Assembly (NCBI GenBank): GCA_964413645.1
Contig: CAYPSA010000008.1
Coordinates: 1 to 43,864 of the forward strand
Source of the DNA: an uncultured Gammaproteobacteria bacterium
Lineage (GTDB): Bacteria > Patescibacteriota > Microgenomatia > UBA1406 > HO2-37-13b
Length of the DNA stretch: 43,864 nt
Reading direction: 5' to 3'
The notes under the pieces were generated by a model that saw nothing but the letters and a program-made list of their open reading frames with translations, had not been told where the DNA came from and ran no database searches. Numbering within the stretch: the stretch's first letter is position 1; every line of letters begins with the position of its first letter. Shown here piece by piece: positions 18,555-29,427 of the stretch. The position numbers and the translations under genes are program-made.

Positions 18555-20237
18555 CTACTCAAAAATAAAATACGCAGTCTTAAGCGATAAATCTTTATAC
18601 ATTATTTTTCTATCTGAAGAGACAATTTTATTTAGCTGTTCATACGTCTTAAGATTCATGCATGTTTCAGATACAAGTGAGCCATACATATCTGTGAAAT
18701 CGAGTACCAGTGGACATTTCATGAATACAACGTTGTTAATTCTATATGTATCGCTTTCTTGCTCCATCATAGGAGACTTATTAGCATTATCAACAAATAT
18801 GTACGATAAATATACATTCTTAGGAGCATGATGATATACCGTTATTTGATCTTCAGGTCGACTCAGTAGGTAGTTAGAAACCACTTTCTCACTTTCATTA
18901 AACAATTCACCTACGGTCACTTGACGACGTTCATAATAGTTATATGTAAAATAAACCACATTTATTCCCACAGCCATGAAAAGTATTACATATAAAGCAT
19001 GACGAGGTTTTGGCAATAACTTTTTACTCAGCGTAATACCAAAATCTACTCCTAAAGCCAGTACATATGCATAACCCAACGCAGACAAAAATCCTCGAAT
19101 AGAATATGTCGAGCTATTGACTGACGCCATAGCGGGAAGCAGTCCTAAGAAAATAAATCCTATTAAGAAAAAATCTTTCCGGTTGAGTCGATTCCCTAGC
19201 GCCATGATACCCAAATAATAAAACAGTAAACCCACAAAGAAAAATTGTCCTCCAACTGCATTTCCATTAATTGGACTATAATCGCCTGTTTTAAATAAAT
19301 ATGAAATGTCCTGCCCTTTAACAAAGTTATCAACTACATAATCTGCCGCAACTGATATCTTATTATGGAAAGTATCCCTAATCAACAATGGAACATTCGA
19401 TGCTGCTCGACGTAGATTAACTTCAGCAGTAAATCTTTCAGGACTTAAAAAAACAACCTGTGAAAATCGTTTAGTCGTAACGGCCCTATCAATAAATGAA
19501 ATCGAAGCAAACAAGAAAACAATAAACATTACGTTAATAATATTTTTTCTAACAAACTCGACCGCATCATCCCATACTATTCTGTCATTTTGATCCTCTT
19601 TGTCATTCTGAACCGCCGGATGGCGGTGAAGAATCTCGGTGTTTCCTCTAATGAATTCCAAATACACAATCAAAAAAGGAATCACCACGCGAAAACCTTG
19701 GTAGTTATAAAATGTCAAGAAAAATAATAAATATGATACCCATCGTCTGCCTTTAAGGTAATAAAGAATTGCCGCTAGAATCGTAACTGCCGCAAGTGAT
19801 AAATCCATGGCAAGTCGAGTAACATGAAAAACCCACGGTGAAAAACAAAATATAAGTGCGGTTATGAAAGCCAATCTTTTATTATCAACAATTCTCATTA
19901 CGATCTCATATACCAAGAACGTAAGTAGTGAAGAGATTATTACAAAAGGCAGTCGAGCAAAAAAGACATTCTTTATCGGCAACACCAACCACCACAACGC
20001 AGAATAGTAAATCGACACCATTGGATTATCAGGACTAATCCCCGTGAAATTTATTGGCAAAAAGTTTCCAAATAGGTCATGTCCAGTTTTAGCAATTGAA
20101 TATCCTGACAGCACAATATCTCGTTCATCGTGCAGAAGAAATAGTTGATCTAAAAATAGTAAGCGTAATAATAAAAACACTACAGCAGCAATAAGCAGGT
20201 GCTTATGTGTGGAGATATAATCGATTATTTTTCTCAT
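18555..20237 (-). CDS. GT-C fold glycosyltransferase (ArnT-like) with a repeat insertion
   Basis: LHDERDIVLSGYSIAKTGHDLFG, similar to the motif in 1434-3071. Confidence 0.78.
   Translation of the reverse strand: MRKIIDYISTHKHLLIAAVVFLLLRLLFLDQLFLLHDERDIVLSGYSIAKTGHDLFGNFLPINFTGISPDNPMVSIYYSALWWLVLPIKNVFFARLPFVIISSLLTFLVYEIVMRIVDNKRLAFITALIFCFSPWVFHVTRLAMDLSLAAVTILAAILYYLKGRRWVSYLLFFLTFYNYQGFRVVIPFLIVYLEFIRGNTEILHRHPAVQNDKEDQNDRIVWDDAVEFVRKNIINVMFIVFLFASISFIDRAVTTKRFSQVVFLSPERFTAEVNLRRAASNVPLLIRDTFHNKISVAADYVVDNFVKGQDISYLFKTGDYSPINGNAVGGQFFFVGLLFYYLGIMALGNRLNRKDFFLIGFIFLGLLPAMASVNSSTYSIRGFLSALGYAYVLALGVDFGITLSKKLLPKPRHALYVILFMAVGINVVYFTYNYYERRQVTVGELFNESEKVVSNYLLSRPEDQITVYHHAPKNVYLSYIFVDNANKSPMMEQESDTYRINNVVFMKCPLVLDFTDMYGSLVSETCMNLKTYEQLNKIVSSDRKIMYKDLSLKTAYFIFE
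19583..19637 (+). repeat. REP-like family A (truncated plus full unit) in frame in a GT-C
   Basis: TGTCATTCTGAACCGCCGGATGGCGGTGAAGAATCTC; host peptide EILHRHPAVQNDKEDQND. Confidence 0.8.
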
Positions 20238-21187
20238 GAAATCTTACGAGTCAGACTATGTAACTTCGATTTTACAAATGAAATGTTACTCATACCTTTT
20301 TTCTTACTCCAAAAACTTATTTCATGAAGGGAATCCGAGAAAAATTGAACCGTGTCTTTAAGGATGGTCTTTTGATTCACCTCTTTTGCTCCCCCCATTT
20401 CCCATACGTAAAAGTACACCAAAAAGTAATACATCATTTGCAAGAATGCCAAAACAAATCCATGCATACCATCTTTATATCCATCATCAGCAAAGTATCG
20501 TCCAATAAATTCAGAGAGCGCTTTTTTACTAAAGTAGGTAAAGCTTGTGTCAACCTGTGCTCCTGTGTCACTCTGAGCAGAGCGAAGAGTCTCGGCCGCC
20601 TCAGCCTTTGCATACCGTGGAGCTTTTGAGAGGTATTCATCCAAATCCTTATAATTGTAATGAACGAGCGCATTTTCCTCCTTGGGGTCAATTAAGAGTT
20701 CACTTCCTTCAGCCTTAGGCTGTGCATGAATAACCGTAGGCCACACGACTGCTCCTTTCTTAAAGAATCTCACTTGATAATCAGGCCACCAACGAGAGTG
20801 TTCAATCCACTTTCCAAATATAATATTTTTACGGGGAACTTTTACATAGTCATACTTCCCAACTGAGGACTCTAGGAGAGTAGCCAGTGATGGCGGTACA
20901 ATTTCATCTGGATCAAGTACTAAAATATATTCTCCTTTTGCTTGCGCATGTAACTCTTCTCGAATTAGTTCAACATACGGAACTCGTTTTGTAATTGTTA
21001 CTATTTTTACATTCTCAATTTTTCTTAATTTCTCCAGCAATGTGGTATCGATTCCAATATCTCCAATAAGTATTTCTCTTGCTAAAGAACGGACCGATTC
21101 CAGCGTTTTTAAAATATGTTCCGGATTATTCTTCACAACGATGACTGCAGTTACGTCAACCTGGAAGGTAGCATTGGTATTATTCAT
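20234..21187 (-). CDS. GT2 glycosyltransferase (WaaE/LgtF-like)
   Basis: LDPDE, PRKNIIFGKWIEHSRWWPDYQVRFF. Confidence 0.88.
   Translation of the reverse strand: MNNTNATFQVDVTAVIVVKNNPEHILKTLESVRSLAREILIGDIGIDTTLLEKLRKIENVKIVTITKRVPYVELIREELHAQAKGEYILVLDPDEIVPPSLATLLESSVGKYDYVKVPRKNIIFGKWIEHSRWWPDYQVRFFKKGAVVWPTVIHAQPKAEGSELLIDPKEENALVHYNYKDLDEYLSKAPRYAKAEAAETLRSAQSDTGAQVDTSFTYFSKKALSEFIGRYFADDGYKDGMHGFVLAFLQMMYYFLVYFYVWEMGGAKEVNQKTILKDTVQFFSDSLHEISFWSKKKGMSNISFVKSKLHSLTRKIS
20566..20593 (+). repeat. REP-like family A copy in frame in a GT2
   Basis: TGTCACTCTGAGCAGAGCGAAGAGTCTC; host peptide ETLRSAQSDT. Confidence 0.85.
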
Positions 21188-22628
21188 GTTTAAATAGTAA
21201 ACGCACTTCGCGTACTGGGTTTATGCTAAATATAAAATATAATACTCCAAAATATATTGCCGCTCCTCCTACCACGCTAATAACTAGGCTCACATAAGTC
21301 ACTGGCAAAAATGAGAGCGCTATATAAATTCCAATTACCATTGCGGCTGTGGAGATTATCGGTCGTTTTACCGCTTCAACAAACCTAAAGTCCACGATTT
21401 TTTTAGCCTGCGTCATCACCAATAACGAACTTGTTGCTAAAATAATTTGCGTCATAGGAAACCCTAACATTCCAAATTGCGTTGTAAATAGCGGTGTTAA
21501 TAACCATGTTGTTACCGTCCAGAACAACATAAATGCAAACGAAACTTTTACTTTTCCTAACGCATTGAACAAGTTCATAAACGGCGTAGAGTATGATGAG
21601 AAAAATGCACTAATACAAAATATATAAAATAACGGTAACGCAGGCTCCCATTTTGCATATTTTGGAATCAATTGCACCATTACCGGCATCGTCATAAATA
21701 ATCCAAAGATTGCAGGTGCCAAAAGCATTGTCTGATAATATAGAATCTTCTCTATAAGACGTGAAATCTTTTCTTTGTCGTGTTGAATTCTAGCAAGTAC
21801 CGGAAATAATACGCGACTCAAATTATCCATAATAACTCTAATCGGCGTCTCAGCCCACTTTTTTGCCCACCCTATAAAACCTACTGCTTCAAATCCAAGC
21901 ACTTTACTTAGAAAAAGAATAATCAAATCATCTTTAAATAATGCCAAAAATGAACTCGCCTGAAATGGAATACCGAACGATAAGAGCGTATGCAAACTAA
22001 TTTTTGAAATTCCAAATGTTGGTCGCCAAAATGAAATTGTATAAATTAATATTAAGCCAGTTATCGCTCGAAGCATCACGGCATATGTGAAGCTCGCTAA
22101 ATCAAACCCCAACAATGCAAACATGATTACCGAACTATAAAAAACTACATTCTCCGTAACCTGTACAAATGCAATCTTTTGAAATAATATTTTGCGCTCC
22201 AATAAAATCGAAGGAATCGTTTTTAACGACGATATGAAAAAAGATAATAACAACGCCCAATACAAATGAACGCCAGCTTGAGGTAACTTGTAAAATTCGG
22301 TCACGAAATTTGTACTCAAAAATCCAATACCAATAATGGTAGCTATGAGCAATTGTTGCAGTGTAAACGTTGTAGAAATGTCCTCATCAGTAATTTCATG
22401 CTTCTGTACAAGTGAGGCTGCAAGTCCGATGTCGGAAAAATAATTCAGTAATGAAATAAGTGATAAAACAGTAATGTAAATACCAAAAACAGCAGGAGCT
22501 AATAAAATGGTTAGTACTAAATTGGCTACGAGACCCAATATCGCACTAAATCCGCTTTGAAAAAATAAACTAAATGCACTAATTACTGTATTTCGTTTTA
22601 ATTCTTTATGTTCTGTATTCGTGTCCAT
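21180..22628 (-). CDS. Wzx-type oligosaccharide flippase (MOP superfamily)
   Basis: LLAPAVFGIY, SDIGLAASLVQK, about 12-14 TM. Confidence 0.88.
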   Translation of the reverse strand: MDTNTEHKELKRNTVISAFSLFFQSGFSAILGLVANLVLTILLAPAVFGIYITVLSLISLLNYFSDIGLAASLVQKHEITDEDISTTFTLQQLLIATIIGIGFLSTNFVTEFYKLPQAGVHLYWALLLSFFISSLKTIPSILLERKILFQKIAFVQVTENVVFYSSVIMFALLGFDLASFTYAVMLRAITGLILIYTISFWRPTFGISKISLHTLLSFGIPFQASSFLALFKDDLIILFLSKVLGFEAVGFIGWAKKWAETPIRVIMDNLSRVLFPVLARIQHDKEKISRLIEKILYYQTMLLAPAIFGLFMTMPVMVQLIPKYAKWEPALPLFYIFCISAFFSSYSTPFMNLFNALGKVKVSFAFMLFWTVTTWLLTPLFTTQFGMLGFPMTQIILATSSLLVMTQAKKIVDFRFVEAVKRPIISTAAMVIGIYIALSFLPVTYVSLVISVVGGAAIYFGVLYFIFSINPVREVRLLFKHE

Positions 22629-24268
22629 AATGTATTATTAATACCGATGCTAAATAAAAACGCAATTGCAGCCAGTGTCAATATATTTCCCAACTTTTCA
22701 ATTTGCGTTTGTTCATAAGTCACTGTCAGTTTTGATCCTTCAGCAATCTCCAATATTGGTCTTCCAAAACTATCAAATTTTGTTGGTATCACTTCCTTTT
22801 TATTAACCATAATCTTCCAGTATGGAAAATAGTGAATATTCAATTCCGCTCGAAGCGGATCCTTTTCAAACTGCCCTTCACTATATGGTACTGTATTTTG
22901 ATCTTCAAAGCTTCTCCAAAACTCATAATCTGCCGTTTTAGGCAAATACTCAGGAATCTTGTATGCAACTGAATTTCGAATGTAATTATTAGAAATATAC
23001 ATACTTTCATAAAGTGTGTTATTTACCATTTGTCCTTTATAAAGGCTCGAAATGTTTACCATAAGCCCAATACTCAGTACAAATAGTATGAATGCCCAAG
23101 TCTTTGGAGAAATAATTGTAAATTTTTCGCGAAGATAATTAGCTCCATACGCACCTAAGTATGCAAGTCCAAATACCCCAAAAACCAAAAACCTCCAAGG
23201 AAATTGAAACAGCGACAAAATTGGATATAAGATTTTCCAAACAAATGCCGATTGATACAATATTAAAAAGAGTGATAGACCGGTGAGCAATGCGATAAAG
23301 ACCGAAATTTTAGCATTCACATTATGTACAAAATATGCGTGCATAGAGTTTCGTCTTCTAAAAAGTGTCACTAATAGTGCCCCGCCTCCTACAAACCCAA
23401 ATATCCATAACATCTTTCCCAGCGCAAATTGCATTCCATCACTTACGCATCCAGGAACGCTTCCCCCAAATCCCCATGTGCCTACCCACAATTGTTTTAC
23501 ACACAAAAAATGATCTGCATAATTGGTCATTGCCGCAACATAAGTCGCATGGGTCAGGTTCGATTCTAAAAGCGCTGGAACCAAAAAATACGCTCCCGCA
23601 AGTACCCCAAGTACCAGAGAAAGAACGTTTCGTTTTTTATGCTTCAATAATCCAATAAATATCACCACTAACACTCCCGCTAAAAGCGACATAATATTAT
23701 GAACCGTAAGTAAGAATGAGAGCGTTAATGTTGTCATCACAAAAACTTTCTTAGAACTCCCTTGCGCATTTCGCATTAGCAAATATAGTGTTATTGGAAA
23801 CAATGCTAAAAACCACATTTCTGCCAAATTTCCTCGAACAAAAATTTCCAGCGGAATAATACTTGACGTAACGTAAAGAGTTGCGCCCAGCAGAGCTGAA
23901 GCTTCCTCAAATTGCTCTTTCAAAAATAGATACATTCCCACAAATCCAATGATCAGTGCTAATAAAAATGAGGCTTTTAACGCTCCTATTGTTGTCAGGC
24001 CAAGTAAAGAGAGAATGCTGCTTACCCAATACGCAAAGGGTGCGTAAAAATTAAATACCGGATACCCCATACCATATGAAAAGTCCGGGGCCATTCGAGG
24101 TGGAATCTGCAAGTTCTGCAAATTTACCGTAAATTGTTCAATTCGCGCTGCTTGTGTTTGATCGTGAAATTCAAACATGTTACGAGTTGTAGGTAATAGT
24201 TGGGCTCCAAGCACTAAAATCAAAATAGAAAGAATTATCCCAAAGAATAACTTTTGTTCAAATTTCAT
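22598..24268 (-). CDS. PTPS-related membrane protein (GT-C/YfhO-like)
   Basis: FHDQTQAAR, GMGYPVFNFYAP, VRGNLAE, FQFPWRF, HYFPYWKI. Confidence 0.78.
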   Translation of the reverse strand: MKFEQKLFFGIILSILILVLGAQLLPTTRNMFEFHDQTQAARIEQFTVNLQNLQIPPRMAPDFSYGMGYPVFNFYAPFAYWVSSILSLLGLTTIGALKASFLLALIIGFVGMYLFLKEQFEEASALLGATLYVTSSIIPLEIFVRGNLAEMWFLALFPITLYLLMRNAQGSSKKVFVMTTLTLSFLLTVHNIMSLLAGVLVVIFIGLLKHKKRNVLSLVLGVLAGAYFLVPALLESNLTHATYVAAMTNYADHFLCVKQLWVGTWGFGGSVPGCVSDGMQFALGKMLWIFGFVGGGALLVTLFRRRNSMHAYFVHNVNAKISVFIALLTGLSLFLILYQSAFVWKILYPILSLFQFPWRFLVFGVFGLAYLGAYGANYLREKFTIISPKTWAFILFVLSIGLMVNISSLYKGQMVNNTLYESMYISNNYIRNSVAYKIPEYLPKTADYEFWRSFEDQNTVPYSEGQFEKDPLRAELNIHYFPYWKIMVNKKEVIPTKFDSFGRPILEIAEGSKLTVTYEQTQIEKLGNILTLAAIAFLFSIGINNTLWTRIQNIKN

Positions 24269-24270
24269 AC

Positions 24271-25773
24271 TTAGGGTTGTAGCTTAAAGAAATAGATCGC
24301 GGATTTGTTACCTGGTTTTTCGAATTTTTTTATCAATTTAATTGGCCAATGTTGTGGAAATTCAGATCGGTGACCAAATACTGCATACACATCTTCCTTT
24401 TCCAATAGCGACTGGGCTTCAAATAATTCAGCCTCCCCCAAAGGCCATTCCCCTTTAATTCCCATATTATCAGAAGGGTAAATAAATGCATCAAGCACGT
24501 CTCCGGCCATACCAAAATCACCTTCGGCCAAAAACGTAATTCTCTTTCCCGAATCGTTGTCGCGCGCATATTGGACAATTTCTTGTGCTCCCCAGCCTGC
24601 TGGCCATCCTTCTAAATATTGTCCCCGGTCAACCCCCGGAAACGGTGTTTTTGCAGGGTTAAATAATAGTGAATAGTTAAAGTAGCTAACCGAAAGTACG
24701 ATGACAGCTATAAACGCCACGAGCTTTTTTGTAGTTTTAATTTGCGCAAGTGCATATGAAGCAGGTATAAGGAATAATGTTCCTAGGAAAATGATGTATC
24801 GAGGAAATAATACTTTTGAAACAAATGCTACTAAGATTGTCGGGAAAAGAATGGCGCATAACAAGAATAATCCATACGTATTCTTACGTTTCAATAAATG
24901 AGCAATCCCCGCAACTCCCAGCAACGGAACTACGTATGCCATTTCAGAAAAAATGTAATATGGAATATTTACAATATTTTCTGTAAAGTATCTGAACGGA
25001 CTCTCCATGAGCTCCGGAAGTGTTACGATGAACGTGTTATTTTTTTGTGAAACAAATTGGAAAAATGGCGACAGTCGTTGCACGTTGTAAACGATTAACG
25101 CGAGGAGTGTTCCGAAGCCAAACAGAACTGCAAAATTCGCAATTCTCTTAAAACTCCATTTCTTGGCTGTCACCACTGCTCCGAATCCAATCAGCATAAA
25201 TAGTCGCACCGATGACTTGGCGAGCAATCCTAAACCAGAGATCAGTCCGAACAAAAGAGCAACATCATAGCGGAGCGTATTAAAGAGTACAACGCTCAAT
25301 AAAACGATCCAAATAAAGAATCCATTTACTGCGCTATCAACCAACGCCATACGGTCATAAAACAGAAAATAAGGAGTTATTACATATAAAAATGCTCCTA
25401 TAAAAGCTGCTCGTTTTCCAAACAAGTAACGAATCAATAAAAAGAGCCCCGTAAGAGCGAAGAGTCCGCTTGCAGCCGCAAAGAGTCTTCCTGCCATAAG
25501 CGCATCGGTTGGAAACAGCTTCAAAAAAGGAATCGTTCCCCACGTTTGCAACGGCTGTTTTCCATCCGTCAGCGATATAAAGCGCCATGCAGCGTCATGC
25601 CAGGCAACTTTTGCCCAATGAATGTAAATTGCTTCATCGGAGAATATAGGAAATTTGGTCAAATTAACCGTTCGGGTTATTACGTAGCCAATCAGGAGTA
25701 CCCCCGCGGTCAAAAAATCATTCTTCGTAAATCTTTTTTTAATATCGGCTATTGTATTCCAAATATCGAACAT
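24271..25773 (-). CDS. GT-C fold glycosyltransferase (ArnT/PMT-like)
   Basis: FSDEAIYIHWAK, DGKQPL, DRMALVDS. Confidence 0.8.
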   Translation of the reverse strand: MFDIWNTIADIKKRFTKNDFLTAGVLLIGYVITRTVNLTKFPIFSDEAIYIHWAKVAWHDAAWRFISLTDGKQPLQTWGTIPFLKLFPTDALMAGRLFAAASGLFALTGLFLLIRYLFGKRAAFIGAFLYVITPYFLFYDRMALVDSAVNGFFIWIVLLSVVLFNTLRYDVALLFGLISGLGLLAKSSVRLFMLIGFGAVVTAKKWSFKRIANFAVLFGFGTLLALIVYNVQRLSPFFQFVSQKNNTFIVTLPELMESPFRYFTENIVNIPYYIFSEMAYVVPLLGVAGIAHLLKRKNTYGLFLLCAILFPTILVAFVSKVLFPRYIIFLGTLFLIPASYALAQIKTTKKLVAFIAVIVLSVSYFNYSLLFNPAKTPFPGVDRGQYLEGWPAGWGAQEIVQYARDNDSGKRITFLAEGDFGMAGDVLDAFIYPSDNMGIKGEWPLGEAELFEAQSLLEKEDVYAVFGHRSEFPQHWPIKLIKKFEKPGNKSAIYFFKLQP

Positions 25774-25787
25774 AAATGTATTATATA

Positions 25788-27200
25788 CTAATTATTCTTA
25801 TACAAAACAAATCCATCCTTTTTCACAACCGGCTTCCACAGTTCTGACGTTAATTTAAATGAAGTATCTTGGGGTAATACCAAACAATCGGCACCATCAA
25901 TCAATTCTTTATTTGGACTTTTGTCGTACCGATACACAACCGGTTGATCGGCATAAAACCTAAATGCTGGGGAACCTCCATACCTAAACGTCGAGGAGAT
26001 CTGCACATTTGCAGCATTAATTACATCGTAGAATTTCTGTTCTTCATTACTCGCCACAACCGTTACGCTTTTACACTCTTTTTTAGCAACCAATGCAACA
26101 GCTGTTAACGCTCCCGGTTCTTCTTTTTGCGTTTTTACAACATACGACTTATTTCCAATAATTCCGGCAATTAGCGCTCCAATAAGAGCGATGTAGACCG
26201 TACGCTGTGAGATTTTAAGATGTTTAGCCAAATCCGCAAATGCCACCCCTACACTCATTCCTAAAAATGGAATGATCGGGAACATGTACCAATTCAATTT
26301 TGTTTGGGGAATTGAAATTACGATGCTGTATAGCAAAAAGAGTGGAATAAAAAGCAGTTCAAATCGCTTCTTCTTTAAAAATATATATACAATGTAGAGA
26401 GTAGAGAGAATAATCGCGACTAAAAAAACATGGTAATAACTAAACAATAATTTCGGATAAAAAAAGAGCCCACCGTAATGCAATTCCACTGGTCGAACAA
26501 CGCGAGAAATTAAATGATCGTAAAAATTTTCTTGAATAAATAGTTGTCCAAATTTAAGGTAAGCAAAAATAAACCACGCAATACTCACTCCTACCGAGAG
26601 CAATAATGTCTTTGAGTATGTAAACAGAGGCTTAACCGAGCGAGTAGAAAATAACTCTTCCGCCAATACCACAAAAATTGGAAACAGTCCCAAGAACGAT
26701 TTTGACATAACCCCAATGAACAAAAATAGGGCGGTATAAAGAATATTCTTTTTGGAAAAATAATAAAATCCCAACCACCCGAGCACTAAAAACATGTCGG
26801 TATTCAGCGATGTGAGTCGATTTAAAAATGGCGGCGATACAAGTAAAAAAGCAGCAGTTCCTAAAAAATACAGTTCATAATTCTTTTCAAACTTTTCTTT
26901 AAATATTTTAAAAATAAAATAAAGTACTCCAAGCCCTGCTAAAAATGAAGGAAGCCGAGCTAACATCTCAACCGACCCCAAACCCGTACTCATAAAAAGA
27001 CCCGACAGGAGTGAAACGAGTGGTGGTTTTTCAAGCCAAGGCTGACCGTTCCACATGCCAAAAGGGGTGTTTGACGCGACCATTTCTTTACCAACTTGAG
27101 CATAAATCGCCTCATCCCAGTCGTACAAATATGTTTGGGAGAGATTGATAAGTGACACAAGAAGTACAAATCCCAAGAGCAACACAAGAAGTTTTCTCAT
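25788..27200 (-). CDS. GT-C fold glycosyltransferase (ArnT/GT39-like)
   Basis: YDWDEAIY, WLEKPP, ARLPS. Confidence 0.82.
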   Translation of the reverse strand: MRKLLVLLLGFVLLVSLINLSQTYLYDWDEAIYAQVGKEMVASNTPFGMWNGQPWLEKPPLVSLLSGLFMSTGLGSVEMLARLPSFLAGLGVLYFIFKIFKEKFEKNYELYFLGTAAFLLVSPPFLNRLTSLNTDMFLVLGWLGFYYFSKKNILYTALFLFIGVMSKSFLGLFPIFVVLAEELFSTRSVKPLFTYSKTLLLSVGVSIAWFIFAYLKFGQLFIQENFYDHLISRVVRPVELHYGGLFFYPKLLFSYYHVFLVAIILSTLYIVYIFLKKKRFELLFIPLFLLYSIVISIPQTKLNWYMFPIIPFLGMSVGVAFADLAKHLKISQRTVYIALIGALIAGIIGNKSYVVKTQKEEPGALTAVALVAKKECKSVTVVASNEEQKFYDVINAANVQISSTFRYGGSPAFRFYADQPVVYRYDKSPNKELIDGADCLVLPQDTSFKLTSELWKPVVKKDGFVLYKNN

Positions 27201-27946
27201 TTTTTATACTTTCCCGTCAAGGAATAATATTTTATTCGAGCCAAGTCCTTAAGCGTTTCAATTGTATCTTTTATAAACTTTACATTTTTCGTTTCAACGT
27301 GTTTCCACCGAACAGGAACTTCTGCAATTCCATACCCCAAAAGACGAGCTATGTACAAAAATTCCAAATCAAATCCAGCAGATACAGATGAGCCATCGAC
27401 CGTGTGACTCTTTGCAAAAACTACCAATCGAGAAATTATCTCATTCGCCTCTTTACGTCGAAACAATTTAAATCCGCATTGTGTATCTCGCAAACCTCCC
27501 AATCCCAAAAACATATCTCTAACAAGAATAAACCCAACCGATTGTACTTTTCTCAAAAATGGCGCTCCTGCTCGCGCGCTTTTACGCGATCCAATTACAA
27601 TAGGAAACTCATTACTCGCTTTTTCCATCAACTGCACTTCTTCTTCAAGTGGAGTAGCCAAATCGATATCGGCAAACAGCACATAATCTCCTCTTGCTGC
27701 TTCAATTCCCGAAATCACTGCCTCACCTTTGCCTTTATGAGCGTTCTGGAGGAGTTTAAACTTTCGAAAATGAGGTAAATATTCTTTCTTAATAATTGCA
27801 GCAGAATCATCGTTTGATCCGTCATCAACAATAATAACTTCCTTAAAATAATCTCGTCCTCCGGTATAGTTTCCTATTCTATCAAGTACCCCTTTTTGAA
27901 TATTGGCCTCTTCGTTATAGCAAGGAATTATTAGTGAAATACTCAT
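27197..27946 (-). CDS. Polyprenyl-phosphate glycosyltransferase (ALG5/DPM1-like GT2)
   Basis: VDDGSND, GKGEAV, ADIDLATP, DTQCGFKLF, FDLEFL, EVPVRW. Confidence 0.85.
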   Translation of the reverse strand: MSISLIIPCYNEEANIQKGVLDRIGNYTGGRDYFKEVIIVDDGSNDDSAAIIKKEYLPHFRKFKLLQNAHKGKGEAVISGIEAARGDYVLFADIDLATPLEEEVQLMEKASNEFPIVIGSRKSARAGAPFLRKVQSVGFILVRDMFLGLGGLRDTQCGFKLFRRKEANEIISRLVVFAKSHTVDGSSVSAGFDLEFLYIARLLGYGIAEVPVRWKHVETKNVKFIKDTIETLKDLARIKYYSLTGKYKK

Positions 27947-27948
27947 AC

Positions 27949-29427
27949 TTATTCTCGAACTAATTTGTAAATTTTTACCCCTTCAACTTCCCACATTGTA
28001 TCAATTTTTGCAGTACCGAACATCGAAATGTTCCAAGAAGGAGAATTCACAACCACACAGGGCTCTTCGCCACACAATACAAACATTTGATCTGTTATTT
28101 CTAACTTTCTTCGATCAGCAGGTGGCTGTCCTCCTAAATTCAAAAAATAAACATAGTTATCTTCTGTAAAGTAAATCGGCCAGGTGGCAATATTGTATGG
28201 TTTGTTTCCTGTTTTTGTAAGCATAAACTGAGCAACGCGTTTTGCATGATTAATTTGACCATTTCCCGGTTCTACAAAAAAAGGTAATTGCAGATTCCAA
28301 TATAAATATGCTGCAAGAAGGGCTATAAGTGCTAGCTGCCCTATTCTTTTAAACCGTGCCAGAAGCGAAAGCATGTATGCTGCGACTAACGAAAAACTCA
28401 GATAAATTGGCGTGTAATAATGTGCGTGTCGGGGAGTTTGCAAAAAAGCAAAAAATAGTAAAAATGAAGCTACGGCAAGCGAATTCAAATGAATAAATCG
28501 AGGAACCTTTTGCCATCTGCTTATTACTAGATAAAGTACCAATATTGTCACACTTATGGCAAGTGCGGCACTTACGCTTACTTCATAATGAAAAACTGTA
28601 TTAACGAAAGCATTATTTACATTGAGAAACCGTGTAGAAAAAAGTTCGCGGGCAACATCTTTTTGCTCACTAAAAAGTTTTAGAAAGCTTGAACTATTTA
28701 TAAAATCATGTCGTAAGTCAAACAATATGAGTGGGCTAATTGAGGCAATGAATGAAAGTGCTGGAGCCACGATCATTGCTTTGTATGACGACAAGACCTT
28801 TCCTCGTTTCTCCCACATAAAAAGTACGTACCACACTACGATTGCAGGAGCAATTAAGACAGCCAAATAATGGAACTGCATAGAAAGGCCAAAAAAGAAT
28901 CCGAATAATGCCCCAAACAGAATTGTAGGTTTTTGCATTAGCTTATATAAAAAGAACAACGAAAAGAATGCTGAAAAGTGCAATAAATTTGGATTCCATG
29001 AAAAACGAGCAAGCTCGATCTGCACAAATGAGAAAAAGGACAAAATGGAGAATAACAAAGCCACACCCAGGCTAATTTCCCTCTTGATCACTGCGTAACT
29101 TGCCGCTATACCAAGTAATGAGTAAAACGCGACTGCGTACGCAAGTCCGACCGGATTAAATCCAAACAGGGGTAGAAATGGTGCAACTAAATAATAGTAT
29201 GCTGGACCTAAAAAAACCTGACCAATACTGGTAGGAGCTCCAATAAGTGGAAAATGGGTAAAAGTAACTATGTCTTTAATTATTAATGCATCACGACCCT
29301 GATCTGACAAAAATACCGTAAATTGTTGTAATCTAAAAAAACGCAGGAACGCACCAGTCAAAAGTAAACTCGTAAAAACCTTATTTTTTGTTACAATGGT
29401 TCTTATCGTATCTATGAAACGGCTCAT
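27949..29427 (-). CDS. GT-C fold glycosyltransferase (DQGRD subfamily)
   Basis: LSDQGRD, LIGAP, GPAYYY, RFSWNPN. Confidence 0.8.
   Translation of the reverse strand: MSRFIDTIRTIVTKNKVFTSLLLTGAFLRFFRLQQFTVFLSDQGRDALIIKDIVTFTHFPLIGAPTSIGQVFLGPAYYYLVAPFLPLFGFNPVGLAYAVAFYSLLGIAASYAVIKREISLGVALLFSILSFFSFVQIELARFSWNPNLLHFSAFFSLFFLYKLMQKPTILFGALFGFFFGLSMQFHYLAVLIAPAIVVWYVLFMWEKRGKVLSSYKAMIVAPALSFIASISPLILFDLRHDFINSSSFLKLFSEQKDVARELFSTRFLNVNNAFVNTVFHYEVSVSAALAISVTILVLYLVISRWQKVPRFIHLNSLAVASFLLFFAFLQTPRHAHYYTPIYLSFSLVAAYMLSLLARFKRIGQLALIALLAAYLYWNLQLPFFVEPGNGQINHAKRVAQFMLTKTGNKPYNIATWPIYFTEDNYVYFLNLGGQPPADRRKLEITDQMFVLCGEEPCVVVNSPSWNISMFGTAKIDTMWEVEGVKIYKLVRE

Noticed and set aside
18420-18555. Possible ncRNA or riboswitch between convergent genes
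   Set aside because: No recognisable Rfam-like core or convincing stems by eye; left unassigned.
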